Assembly (NCBI GenBank): GCA_902466285.1
Contig: CABQQK010000001.1
Span: 31,702-95,701 of the forward strand
Source of the DNA: an uncultured Collinsella sp.
GTDB taxonomy: Bacteria > Actinomycetota > Coriobacteriia > Coriobacteriales > Coriobacteriaceae
Length of the DNA stretch: 64,000 nt
Reading direction: 5' to 3'
Positions 1 through 7,902 of this stretch are shown one piece after another. The position numbers and the translations under genes were made by a program. Each line of letters begins with the position of its first letter. Within the stretch, counting starts at the first letter, position 1. Under the pieces are notes generated by a model. That model was not told the DNA's origin, did no database searches, and was given only the letters and a program-made list of their open reading frames with translations.

Positions 1-875
1 AGGGCGCGGTCCAGGTCGATGTGCTCTCGCCCCGTGAGCAGGGCAATCTGCTCGCCCACACGGGTCTTGCCCGAGCCCGGCATGCCGATCAGCGCGATGT
101 TCTGCTCGCGGCGTGACAGGCGCTCCGTTACGTCCAGAATGCGCTCGCGCGGAGTGACCTGGCCGGTGTAGCGCTCAACGGCTTGCGCCGCCTGGGCCAC
201 GAGCATGAGCAGACCGCCGATGTAGGGGATGCCGCGGCGCTCGGCCTCGAGCATGAGTCCCGTGCGAGCGGGGTTGTAGACAATGTCGATGACGCCCTCG
301 AGCGCATCGAGCCCCTCGAGCGTACAAGGCGCGTCGGGGCAGTGGGGGAACATGCCGGCAGGTGTGCAGTTGACGAGCAGTGCCGCATAAGATTGCTGCG
401 CGATGTTGTCGTAATTGACCTCGCTCGTACGACCCACGGGTACGACGACGGCGCCCAGGTCACCGAGTACCATGCTCGCCGTGGTGCCGGCTCCGCCGGT
501 GGCGCCGAGCACGAGGGCCTTCTTGCCGGCAACCTCAACGCCCAACTCCTCGACCAGGCACTGAAAACCGAAGTAGTCGGTGTTGTCGCCCCGCAGGCGG
601 CCGTCGGCCAGGCGCGTGATGGTGTTGACGTTGCCCATACGCTCGGCCAGCGGGCTCAGTTCGTCCAGGTAGTCCATGACGGCGCGCTTGTAGGGGATGG
701 TCACGTTGGCGCCCTCCCATTCGTTGCCCGTCATAAAGGCCTCGAGGTCCTCGGGCTCGCGCTCAAATCGCACGTACTCGAGCCCCGCGAGCTCCTTGTA
801 GATGGTCGGGGTGTAGCTGTGGCCCAGCACGCGGCCCAGCACGCCGTAGGGGCGGGTTGCGGCGACATCGGTCAT
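1..875 (-). CDS. aroE: Shikimate 5-dehydrogenase (AroE) continuing without a stop into a shikimate kinase (AroK) P-loop domain; apparent bifunctional fusion. The C-terminus runs off the window.
   Basis: My translation of the minus strand from the ATG at 873-875 gives MTDVAATRPYGVLG...GANVTIPYK...GDNTDYFGF...GATGGAG (AroE motifs). It continues in frame, with no stop, into ...ERILDVTERLSRREQNIALIGMPGSGKTRVGEQIALLTGREHIDLD (Walker A, shikimate kinase N-terminus). This ORF is missing from the track because it is open at the window edge. Confidence 0.75.
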   Translation of the reverse strand, partial: MTDVAATRPYGVLGRVLGHSYTPTIYKELAGLEYVRFEREPEDLEAFMTGNEWEGANVTIPYKRAVMDYLDELSPLAERMGNVNTITRLADGRLRGDNTDYFGFQCLVEELGVEVAGKKALVLGATGGAGTTASMVLGDLGAVVVPVGRTSEVNYDNIAQQSYAALLVNCTPAGMFPHCPDAPCTLEGLDALEGVIDIVYNPARTGLMLEAERRGIPYIGGLLMLVAQAAQAVERYTGQVTPRERILDVTERLSRREQNIALIGMPGSGKTRVGEQIALLTGREHIDLDRA

Positions 876-2021
876 CTAGAGCACCTCCGTGTAACTGCCA
901 AAGTAGGTGAAGCTCTCACACACGTCGTCGATGGAATCGAGCAGGTCATCGAGGGCCTTGCTGCCAAAGGGGCAGTCTAGGTCAAAGTAGAACATAAACT
1001 CAAAGTCGCGCCCGGGGATGGGGCGGCTCTCGAGCTTGATAAGGTTGATGTTGAGTGCGTAGAAGCGCTCGAGTACGCGATAGAGGGCGCCCGGTTCGTT
1101 GGCCGTGGTGATCATGAGCGAGGTACGGTTGGCGCCGGGGTAGACGCGCGGCTCGCGACTGATGACGACGAAGCGCGTGTAGTTGTTGTCCGAGTCCTGG
1201 ATATTGGGCTCCAGCACCTCCAGACCATAGAGCGCCGCGCAGCTGCGCGAGGCGATGGCGGCAACGTCGGTGCGTTCGGAGCTGGCGACCATCTCGGCCG
1301 ACATGGCCGTGTTGGGGTACTTGGTGGCGTGCAGGTCGTGTGCCTCGATAAAGCCGGCGCATTGGGCAATGGCCTGGCCGTGGCTGTAGACCTCGTGCAC
1401 GTCCGCAAGCTTGGTGCCGGGCTTGACGAGCAAGTTGTGGTCGATTTTGAGGCGAAGCGAGCGCACGATGTGGAAGTCGAACTGGGCGAGCAGGTCGTAG
1501 ACGGCGTTGACCGAGCCGGCGGTGGAGTTCTCGATGGGCAGCACGCCAAACTCGCAGAAGCCGTCGCGCACGGCGCACATGACGCCCTCGAAGGTCTCGA
1601 AAAACGCGATGTCGGGCACGTCGAAGAGCTTGCACGCGGCGATTTGGCTGTAAGCGCCCTCGACGCCCTGGCAGGCGACGGTGGCCGTTTGAGGGAAGGG
1701 CGTGTCGGAGGCTGCAGCCGTGGCGTGGGCCTTTTGCGAGACGGTGATGCCCTTGAGCTCGTTGATGTAGCGCTGCTGCTCGGCCTTGCTCATGCTCATG
1801 AGGAGACGGAACAGGGTGATGGTCTGCGCCTCGTAGCGCTCGGGCGCGCGGCTGGCGAGGTTGTTGAGCTTGGAGCGCTCACGGGCGGGGTCGAAGACGG
1901 CCTTGCCCATCTCGATTTTTGACTTGGCGACCTCGGTGGCAATGTCCATGCGCTCGACAAAGCTGTTGAGGAGCGTGGTGTCGATGCCATCGATGGCCTG
2001 GCGGATGTCAGCAAGGTCCAT
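876..2021 (-). CDS. pheA: Chorismate mutase / prephenate dehydratase (P-protein)
   Basis: The track ORF 876..2108 gives MDLADIRQAIDGIDTTLLNSFVERMDIATEVAKSKIE (chorismate mutase helix), then a prephenate dehydratase domain (VACQGVEGAYSQ...) and a C-terminal ACT domain (LMITTANEPGALYRVLERF). The start was chosen at the internal Met matching the CM N-terminus. The stop abuts the aroE start. Confidence 0.8.
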   Translation of the reverse strand: MDLADIRQAIDGIDTTLLNSFVERMDIATEVAKSKIEMGKAVFDPARERSKLNNLASRAPERYEAQTITLFRLLMSMSKAEQQRYINELKGITVSQKAHATAAASDTPFPQTATVACQGVEGAYSQIAACKLFDVPDIAFFETFEGVMCAVRDGFCEFGVLPIENSTAGSVNAVYDLLAQFDFHIVRSLRLKIDHNLLVKPGTKLADVHEVYSHGQAIAQCAGFIEAHDLHATKYPNTAMSAEMVASSERTDVAAIASRSCAALYGLEVLEPNIQDSDNNYTRFVVISREPRVYPGANRTSLMITTANEPGALYRVLERFYALNINLIKLESRPIPGRDFEFMFYFDLDCPFGSKALDDLLDSIDDVCESFTYFGSYTEVL

Positions 2022-2064
2022 GGAGACCCCTTTCACGTGTCGGGGGATGTTGAGGGGTGGGTAG

Positions 2065-3162
2065 TTAGCGCTGGGCGGCGTCTTCGAGGAGGGCGTCCCA
2101 GATGGCAAGGGCGGCGGCTGCCTCGGCTACGGGGACAGCTCTGGGGACGATGCAGGGATCGTGGCGGCCGTGGACCGAGAGCTCGGCATTTTCCATAGCG
2201 TCCATGTCCACCGTCTGCTGCTCGCGGCCAATGGAGGGCGTCGGCTTTACGGCCATGCGCCACATGACGGGCGCGCCGGTCGAAATACCGCCCAGGATGC
2301 CGCCGGCGTTGTTGGACTCGACCTCGATCTCGCCGGTCTCGGCATCGATGCGATACGGATCATTGTTCTCGCTGCCGCGCATGGCGGCCACGGCAAAGCC
2401 CATGCCAAACTCCACGCCCTTTACGGCTGGAATGCCAAACGCGATTTGCGCGATGCGGTTCTCGATGCCGTCGAACATGGGGTCGCCGATGCCCGCGGGA
2501 AGTCCGTAGATGCCGCACTCCACGATGCCGCCGATGCTGTCAAGCTCGTCGCGCGCGGCTAGGATCTCCTCGCGCATGCGGCCGGCTGCGGCGGCGTCAA
2601 TGCACGGCAGATCGTTCGTAAGGATCGCCTTGCGGTCGGCCTCGCGATAGACTATGTCGTCCATCGGCAGGTCGGAGATGCCGCCGATCTGCGCCACATG
2701 CGCCATCACTTTAATGCCGCGGGCCTCGAGTGCCTGCAGCGCAATGCCGCCGGCGATGCACAGGGGTGCCGTTAGGCGGCCGGAGAAGTGTCCGCCGCCG
2801 GCGACATCGTGCATGTTGTGATACTTCACGCGCGCAGGGAAGTCCGCATGTCCGGGACGGGGCTTGCGGCGCAGCTCGGAGTAATCCTTGGAGCGCGTGT
2901 TGGTGTTCTCGATAATCGCGGCGATGGGCGCGCCGGTGGTATGTCCATCGACAACACCGGCGATGATGTGCGCGGCGTCGGCCTCGCGGCGTTTGGTTGC
3001 GGTCTCGTCGCGACCGGGGGCGCGACGGTCGAGGAAGGCCTGCAGCTGCTCCTGGTCCACGGCGATGCCCGCCGGAATGCCATCGAGTGAGCAGCCGATG
3101 GCGGGGGAGTGCGACTGGCCGAAGATGCTTAAGTGCAAGACGTTGCCAAAGGTCGAGGACAT
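2065..3162 (-). CDS. aroC: Chorismate synthase
   Basis: The 365-aa ORF MSSTFGNVLHLSIFGQSHSPAIGCSLDGIPAGI...RHDPCIVPRAVPVAEAAAALAI carries the canonical AroC signatures. Confidence 0.9.
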   Translation of the reverse strand: MSSTFGNVLHLSIFGQSHSPAIGCSLDGIPAGIAVDQEQLQAFLDRRAPGRDETATKRREADAAHIIAGVVDGHTTGAPIAAIIENTNTRSKDYSELRRKPRPGHADFPARVKYHNMHDVAGGGHFSGRLTAPLCIAGGIALQALEARGIKVMAHVAQIGGISDLPMDDIVYREADRKAILTNDLPCIDAAAAGRMREEILAARDELDSIGGIVECGIYGLPAGIGDPMFDGIENRIAQIAFGIPAVKGVEFGMGFAVAAMRGSENNDPYRIDAETGEIEVESNNAGGILGGISTGAPVMWRMAVKPTPSIGREQQTVDMDAMENAELSVHGRHDPCIVPRAVPVAEAAAALAIWDALLEDAAQR

Positions 3163-3163
3163 G

Positions 3164-4483
3164 CTATTCCTCCTCGAGTGTGACCTTGCCGCCCAGCAGG
3201 CGGTAGTGGTCGAAGAAATCGGGATAGGACTTGTTGACGGCCTCGGCGCCGTGGATCACGACCTCGCCGGTGGCGCGGCTCGCGGCGATAGCGGCCATCA
3301 TGGCGATGCGATGGTCGTTGTGCGAATCGACCTCGCCGCCGGTGAAGGCATCGACACCCTTGATGATGAGGTCATCGCCGGCAATGCGCACCTGCGCGCC
3401 CAGCGCGGTGAGCTCGCGGGTGGTGGTGACCAGACGGTCGGATTCCTTGATGCGCAGACGGGCGCAATCGCGAATAAAGGTGCGGCCCTGTGCCAGCGAG
3501 GCCACGGCCGAGATGACGGGCACCAGGTCCGGAATGTCGTGGGCACTCATCTCAAAGCCGGCGAGCTTGTCGGACTGCACGGTGGCGGCGTTGGTGGAGC
3601 GCACGATGCGGGCGCCAAAGCGCGAAAGCGCGGCAAGCACGTTGCGGTCGCCCTGTGCAGAGCTCAGCGACACGCCTTCCACGGTGATGGGGTCGGTGCC
3701 GATGGCACCGGCGCACAGCCAAAAGGCGGCGTTGGACCAGTCGCCCTCGACGGCTACGCTGCCGGGCGTGCGGTACGAGCCGCTGCTCACGCGGAAGTTC
3801 GTGACCTCGGGCTGGCCGTCCTTGGCCGGAATGCGCTCGACGTTGACCTCGACGCCAAAGGCCTTCATGGCCTGTATCGTCAGGTTGATGTAGGGGCGGC
3901 TCTCGATGAGGCCGGTTACCTGCACGCAGGAGGGCTGGGCCAGCAGCGGGGCTGCCAGCAGCAGGCCCGAGATGTACTGCGAGCTCACGTTGCCCGGAAG
4001 CACAAAGGTGCCCGGGCGCATGCGGCCGCTCGTCTTGAGCGGAAAACCGCCCAGACCCTGTAGGTCGCAGCCGGCGGCGATGATCTCGTCCGAGAGCGGG
4101 GAGAGCGGGCGGGCGCCCAGGCGGCCCTGGCCTACGAAGGTGGCATCCGCACCCAGCGCGCAGGCGACAGGCAGCATAAAGCGCAGCGTGGAGCCACTTT
4201 CACCGCAGTCAAGCGTGCCGCCGGCAAGGGCCTTGAGCAGGCCAAACTCAACACTCTTCATGGTGGGGTGGACCTGGAAGCCGTCCTCGACGGTCTCGAT
4301 GCGAGCACCCAGTGCCGTAAGGCAGCGCACCGTGGCCTCGATGTCGGCGCAGGTGGTGTTGCAGGTGACGTGCGTCTCGCCGTTGGCAAGCGCAGCGCAG
4401 ATGATGAGGCGATGCGCCATCGACTTGGACGCGATGGCGGGAACGGTGCCCTTGAGCGGGGACGGGGTGATGCGGGCTAGCAT
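3164..4483 (-). CDS. aroA: 3-phosphoshikimate 1-carboxyvinyltransferase (EPSP synthase)
   Basis: The 439-aa ORF carries LPGSKSMAHR-type (here SKSMAHRLIICAALA), DHRIAMM and surrounding EPSPS motifs. Confidence 0.9.
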   Translation of the reverse strand: MLARITPSPLKGTVPAIASKSMAHRLIICAALANGETHVTCNTTCADIEATVRCLTALGARIETVEDGFQVHPTMKSVEFGLLKALAGGTLDCGESGSTLRFMLPVACALGADATFVGQGRLGARPLSPLSDEIIAAGCDLQGLGGFPLKTSGRMRPGTFVLPGNVSSQYISGLLLAAPLLAQPSCVQVTGLIESRPYINLTIQAMKAFGVEVNVERIPAKDGQPEVTNFRVSSGSYRTPGSVAVEGDWSNAAFWLCAGAIGTDPITVEGVSLSSAQGDRNVLAALSRFGARIVRSTNAATVQSDKLAGFEMSAHDIPDLVPVISAVASLAQGRTFIRDCARLRIKESDRLVTTTRELTALGAQVRIAGDDLIIKGVDAFTGGEVDSHNDHRIAMMAAIAASRATGEVVIHGAEAVNKSYPDFFDHYRLLGGKVTLEEE

Positions 4484-5583
4484 ACGGATGCGTCTCCCTT
4501 CTGGCCGAGGCCCTCGGCAATGAGTTCGTGGAAAGTGGAAAGCGGTGTGCGGTCGATGCTGCAGCGGCCAATGCCGTGCGGAATCACCAGGTCGATGGTG
4601 TCGCCCGCGCGCTTCTTGTCGTGGAGCGCCTCGGCAAAGACGGTATCGGCATCTAGGTCGCAGCGGGTCTTGAGGCTATGGCGGGCGCAGAGCTCCTCAA
4701 TACGACCGGGCAGTGCGGCATCGCAGACGCCGTGCAGGGCCGCGGCGCGCGTGATGATGCCCATGCCGATCGACACGCAGTTGCCGTGTCCCAGCTCAAA
4801 GTGCTCGCAGGCCTCGACGGCGTGTCCGGCGCTGTGTCCAAAGTTGAGGAGCTTGCGCTGGTTGGTTTCGCGCTCGTCGGCGACGACCACGGCGCGCTTG
4901 ATGTCGATATTGCGGGCGATGATGAGCGCTACGCGGGCCACATCGCGGTTGAGCAGCTCCAGCGTGAGCGGGGTCTTCTCCAGCTCGGCGAAAAGCTCCG
5001 GGTCGGCGATCACGGCGTGCTTGACGACCTCGCCGCAGCCGTCGGCGAACTGCTCGGGCGTGAGGGTGGCCAGGCACCCCACGTCGGCGATAACCACGCT
5101 CGGCTGCCAAAAGGCGCCGGCCAAGTTCTTGCCGGCAGCCAGGTCGATGGCGGTCTTGCCGCCCACCGACGAATCCACCATGGCGAGCAGGCTCGTCGGG
5201 ATCTGCACAAACTTGCAGCCGCGCATGTAGGTGGCGGCCACAAAGCCCGCCACGTCGCCCACGACACCGCCGCCGAGTGCCACGATCACGTCGGAGCGCG
5301 AAAGCTCGTGCTCGGCCACAAACTCCAAAATGGCAACATAGGTTTCGGCGCGCTTATGGGCCTCGCCGGCTTCGAAGGTGCAGATGCTCACCTCGTAGCC
5401 TGACGCCTCCAGGCTCTGCTTAACGGGCATCTGGTAGAGCGGGCCCACGTTGGTGTCCGTCACGATGACGGCCTTGGTGCCGCCGGCGATGGCGCGCACG
5501 AGCGGCCCCGCCTGCTCCAGCAAAAACGTGCCAACATGCACCTGGTAGGGGCGTGCAGTGTCGATATCGATGGTAATCGCCAT
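4477..5583 (-). CDS. aroB: 3-dehydroquinate synthase
   Basis: The 368-aa ORF carries GGGVVGDVAGFVAATYMRG, the GKTAIDL motif and conserved His ligands. It overlaps aroA by 7 nt, suggesting translational coupling. Confidence 0.9.
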   Translation of the reverse strand: MAITIDIDTARPYQVHVGTFLLEQAGPLVRAIAGGTKAVIVTDTNVGPLYQMPVKQSLEASGYEVSICTFEAGEAHKRAETYVAILEFVAEHELSRSDVIVALGGGVVGDVAGFVAATYMRGCKFVQIPTSLLAMVDSSVGGKTAIDLAAGKNLAGAFWQPSVVIADVGCLATLTPEQFADGCGEVVKHAVIADPELFAELEKTPLTLELLNRDVARVALIIARNIDIKRAVVVADERETNQRKLLNFGHSAGHAVEACEHFELGHGNCVSIGMGIITRAAALHGVCDAALPGRIEELCARHSLKTRCDLDADTVFAEALHDKKRAGDTIDLVIPHGIGRCSIDRTPLSTFHELIAEGLGQKGDASVC

Positions 5584-5619
5584 AAGCTTCGGTCCTTTCG
5601 ACCTGGCGTGATGGGTTGT

Positions 5620-6534
5620 CTAGTGGGAGGCCTCGTCGTCGAGTGCGCGCTTAATGCGGTCGCCCTCGGCAAGGAGATTCTCCAGATAGCGCTGGTCGCG
5701 GTCCTTGAGCGCGCGGCTGTAGGCGCCAAGCGATTCGATCAGATGGTCGATCTCGAAGGCGAGCGCGTCGGCGTCGTCGATCATGAGCTCGGACCACATT
5801 TGCGGGTTGAGGTGCGCCACGCGGGTGAGATCGCGGTAGCTACCGGCCGAAAAGCCGTGGTGGACCTGGGCAGTGGGGCTTTTGACGTAGGCGTTGGATA
5901 CCACGTGCGCAAGCTGGCTCGTGAAGGCGATGACACGGTCGTGCTCGGCGGCGCTGGTCACGCTGAACTTGCCAAAGCCCAAGGGGCGCACCATCTCGCG
6001 CACCTGGCCCAAAAGCTCCAGCTTGAGCGCATCGTCCACCGCGGGCGGTACGAGCACCAGCGGGGCGCCCTGGAACAGGTCGGCGCGGGAGTGTGCATAG
6101 CCCGAGTACTGCGTGCCCGCCATGGGGTGCGCGCCCACAAAGTAAAAGCCGTGCTCGCGGGCTAGCTCAAAGGCGCGCTCGCACACGATGCCCTTGACGC
6201 CCACCGTGTCGATCACCACGGGGCCCATGATGGCCTCGGTGTCGGTGGCGTCGGCGAGCGCCTGGGCGTGCGCCTCGAGCCACTCGATGCATGCCTCGGG
6301 ATAGCAGGCAAGGACGATGATGTCGCATTCGCCGAGCGTCTTGTCGTTAAGCTCTCCGGCGACAGTGCCCATGCTGGCGGCCGTCATGACATCGTCATCG
6401 GGGTCCCAGGCCAGCACGCGGACGCCCGCCTGCGCATAGCCGCGGGCAAAGCTGCCGCCGATGAGGCCCAGGCCGACGATGCCGGCGCACTTGGGGCCGC
6501 CCTGGTTAACGCGCGCGTTTCTCACTGTACCCAT
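5620..6534 (-). CDS. tyrA: Prephenate dehydrogenase
   Basis: The 304-aa ORF has an N-terminal Rossmann motif GIVGLGLIGGSF and a TyrA-type catalytic core (HPMAG). The start could be a few codons downstream. Confidence 0.8.
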   Translation of the reverse strand: MGTVRNARVNQGGPKCAGIVGLGLIGGSFARGYAQAGVRVLAWDPDDDVMTAASMGTVAGELNDKTLGECDIIVLACYPEACIEWLEAHAQALADATDTEAIMGPVVIDTVGVKGIVCERAFELAREHGFYFVGAHPMAGTQYSGYAHSRADLFQGAPLVLVPPAVDDALKLELLGQVREMVRPLGFGKFSVTSAAEHDRVIAFTSQLAHVVSNAYVKSPTAQVHHGFSAGSYRDLTRVAHLNPQMWSELMIDDADALAFEIDHLIESLGAYSRALKDRDQRYLENLLAEGDRIKRALDDEASH

Positions 6535-6537
6535 GGG

Positions 6538-7563
6538 CTACTCCATGGTCTCATGGCAGACAACCTCGCGAATGGCTCGGATGCGGCGCATGGTGTCGTC
6601 GAACTGATCGGGGGTGAGGGCCTGAGCGCCGTCGGACCATGCGCGGCTGGGCTCGTCGTGGACCTCGATCTCTAGGCCGTTGGCACCGCAGGCGGTCGCG
6701 GCGAGCGCCATGGGCTCAACGTAGCGGGTGTAGCCGGTGGCGTGGCTGGGGTCGGCGACGACGGGCAGGTGCGACAGGTGGTGCAGCACCGGCACGGCAT
6801 TGAGGTCGAAGGTGTTGCGGGTGCGGGTCTCGAAGGTGCGGATGCCGCGCTCGCACAGGATGACGTTGTCGTTGCCCTCGCTCATGATGTACTCGGCGGC
6901 CATGAGCAGCTCATCGATCGTGCCGGACATGCCGCGCTTAAGCAAGATCGGAGTCTTGGTCTTGCCGACCTCTTTGAGCAGAGGGAAGTTCTGGGCGTTG
7001 CGGGCGCCGATCTGCATGACGTCGATCTTCTTGTCCAGGAAGACCTGCACGTCGCGCGGGTCCATGATCTCGGTGACGATCGGCATGTCGAGCTCGGCAG
7101 ATGCCTCGCACAGCAGGTCCAGACCGGCGGGGCCCATGCCCTGGTAGGCGTACGGGGAAGTGCGGGGCTTGTAGGCACCGCCGCGCAGCATCGTGGCACC
7201 GGCGGCCTTCACGCGGCGGGCGATGCGGATGAGGTTCTCGCCCTCGACGGAGCACGGGCCGGCGATGACCTGGAACTGATCGCCGCCGATCTTGACGCCG
7301 TGGCCGCAGTCGATGACGGAGTCCTCGGGGTGGAACTTGCGGTTGGCGCGCTTGAACGGCTCGGAGACGCGCTGCACGCGCTCGACGACATCCATGGACT
7401 CGAGCAGGAACGGGTCAATCTTGGTCGTATCGCCCACCAGGCCGATGATCGTCTCGTTCTCGCCGCGCGAGACATCGGTCTTGAGTCCCTTTTTCTCGAT
7501 CCAGCTGACGATATGGCTGACGGCCTCGTCGCTGGCGCTCTGCTTTAAAATTGCAATCATGGT
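6538..7563 (-). CDS. aroF: 3-deoxy-7-phosphoheptulonate (DAHP) synthase, type I-beta, with an N-terminal ferredoxin-like regulatory domain
   Basis: The ORF 6538..7608 gives a KDO8PS-like DAHPS core (IAGPCSVE...KPRTSPY...) preceded by an ~80-aa N-terminal domain, as in Thermotoga/Bacillus-type feedback-regulated DAHPS. The start was chosen at MIAILKQ, with an SD sequence upstream. Confidence 0.85.
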   Translation of the reverse strand, partial: TMIAILKQSASDEAVSHIVSWIEKKGLKTDVSRGENETIIGLVGDTTKIDPFLLESMDVVERVQRVSEPFKRANRKFHPEDSVIDCGHGVKIGGDQFQVIAGPCSVEGENLIRIARRVKAAGATMLRGGAYKPRTSPYAYQGMGPAGLDLLCEASAELDMPIVTEIMDPRDVQVFLDKKIDVMQIGARNAQNFPLLKEVGKTKTPILLKRGMSGTIDELLMAAEYIMSEGNDNVILCERGIRTFETRTRNTFDLNAVPVLHHLSHLPVVADPSHATGYTRYVEPMALAATACGANGLEIEVHDEPSRAWSDGAQALTPDQFDDTMRRIRAIREVVCHETME

Positions 7564-7723
7564 GTGCCTCTCACCTCGATGGATAGTCCTTGCAAAAACG
7601 GCCCGCATTGCGAGCCGTGTATATATGGTGCATGAGAGTTTATACTATCTGACTTGCTTTTGCCTTCTAAAGTGGGCCGTTGCACCGCGTCTTCCTCGGA
7701 ATTGCAAAGCTTTTTCTTTTATT

Positions 7724-7753
7724 TTGATAGCCCGTGGTGCACTTGGGTATAAT
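7724..7753 (+). promoter_or_regulatory. Near-consensus sigma70-type promoter for tRNA-Arg (TTGATA-18 nt-TATAAT)
   Basis: TTGATA at ~7724-7729 and TATAAT at ~7748-7753 with an 18-nt spacer. The -10 hexamer ends ~11 nt before the tRNA 5' end. Confidence 0.55.
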
Positions 7754-7764
7754 GCCAAACGTTG

Positions 7765-7841
7765 GCCCTATTAGCTCAGGGGATTAGAGCGTCTGCCTCC
7801 GGAGCAGAAGGCCGTTGGTTCGAATCCAACATGGGGCACCA
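7765..7841 (+). tRNA. tRNA-Arg (anticodon CCG)
   Basis: Hand-folded cloverleaf: acceptor GCCCTAT/ATGGGGC, D-arm TAGCTCAGGGGATTAGAGCG, anticodon stem/loop TCTGC-CTCCGGA-GCAGA (anticodon CCG), T-arm GTTGGTTCGAATCCAAC, encoded CCA. A terminator-like hairpin with a T-run follows at ~7850-7885. Confidence 0.8.
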
Positions 7842-7902
7842 TCGAACGTAAGACCGTCCGAACCTCGCATGGTCCGGGCGGTTTTTCTTATACCGACGCG
7901 AC

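Noticed and set aside
183-980. A 265-aa plus-strand ORF, and the minus-strand ORFs 128..538 and 535..720
   Set aside because: They are wrong-frame or antisense shadows of the aroE/aroK fusion ORF, which is missing from the track only because it is open at the window edge.
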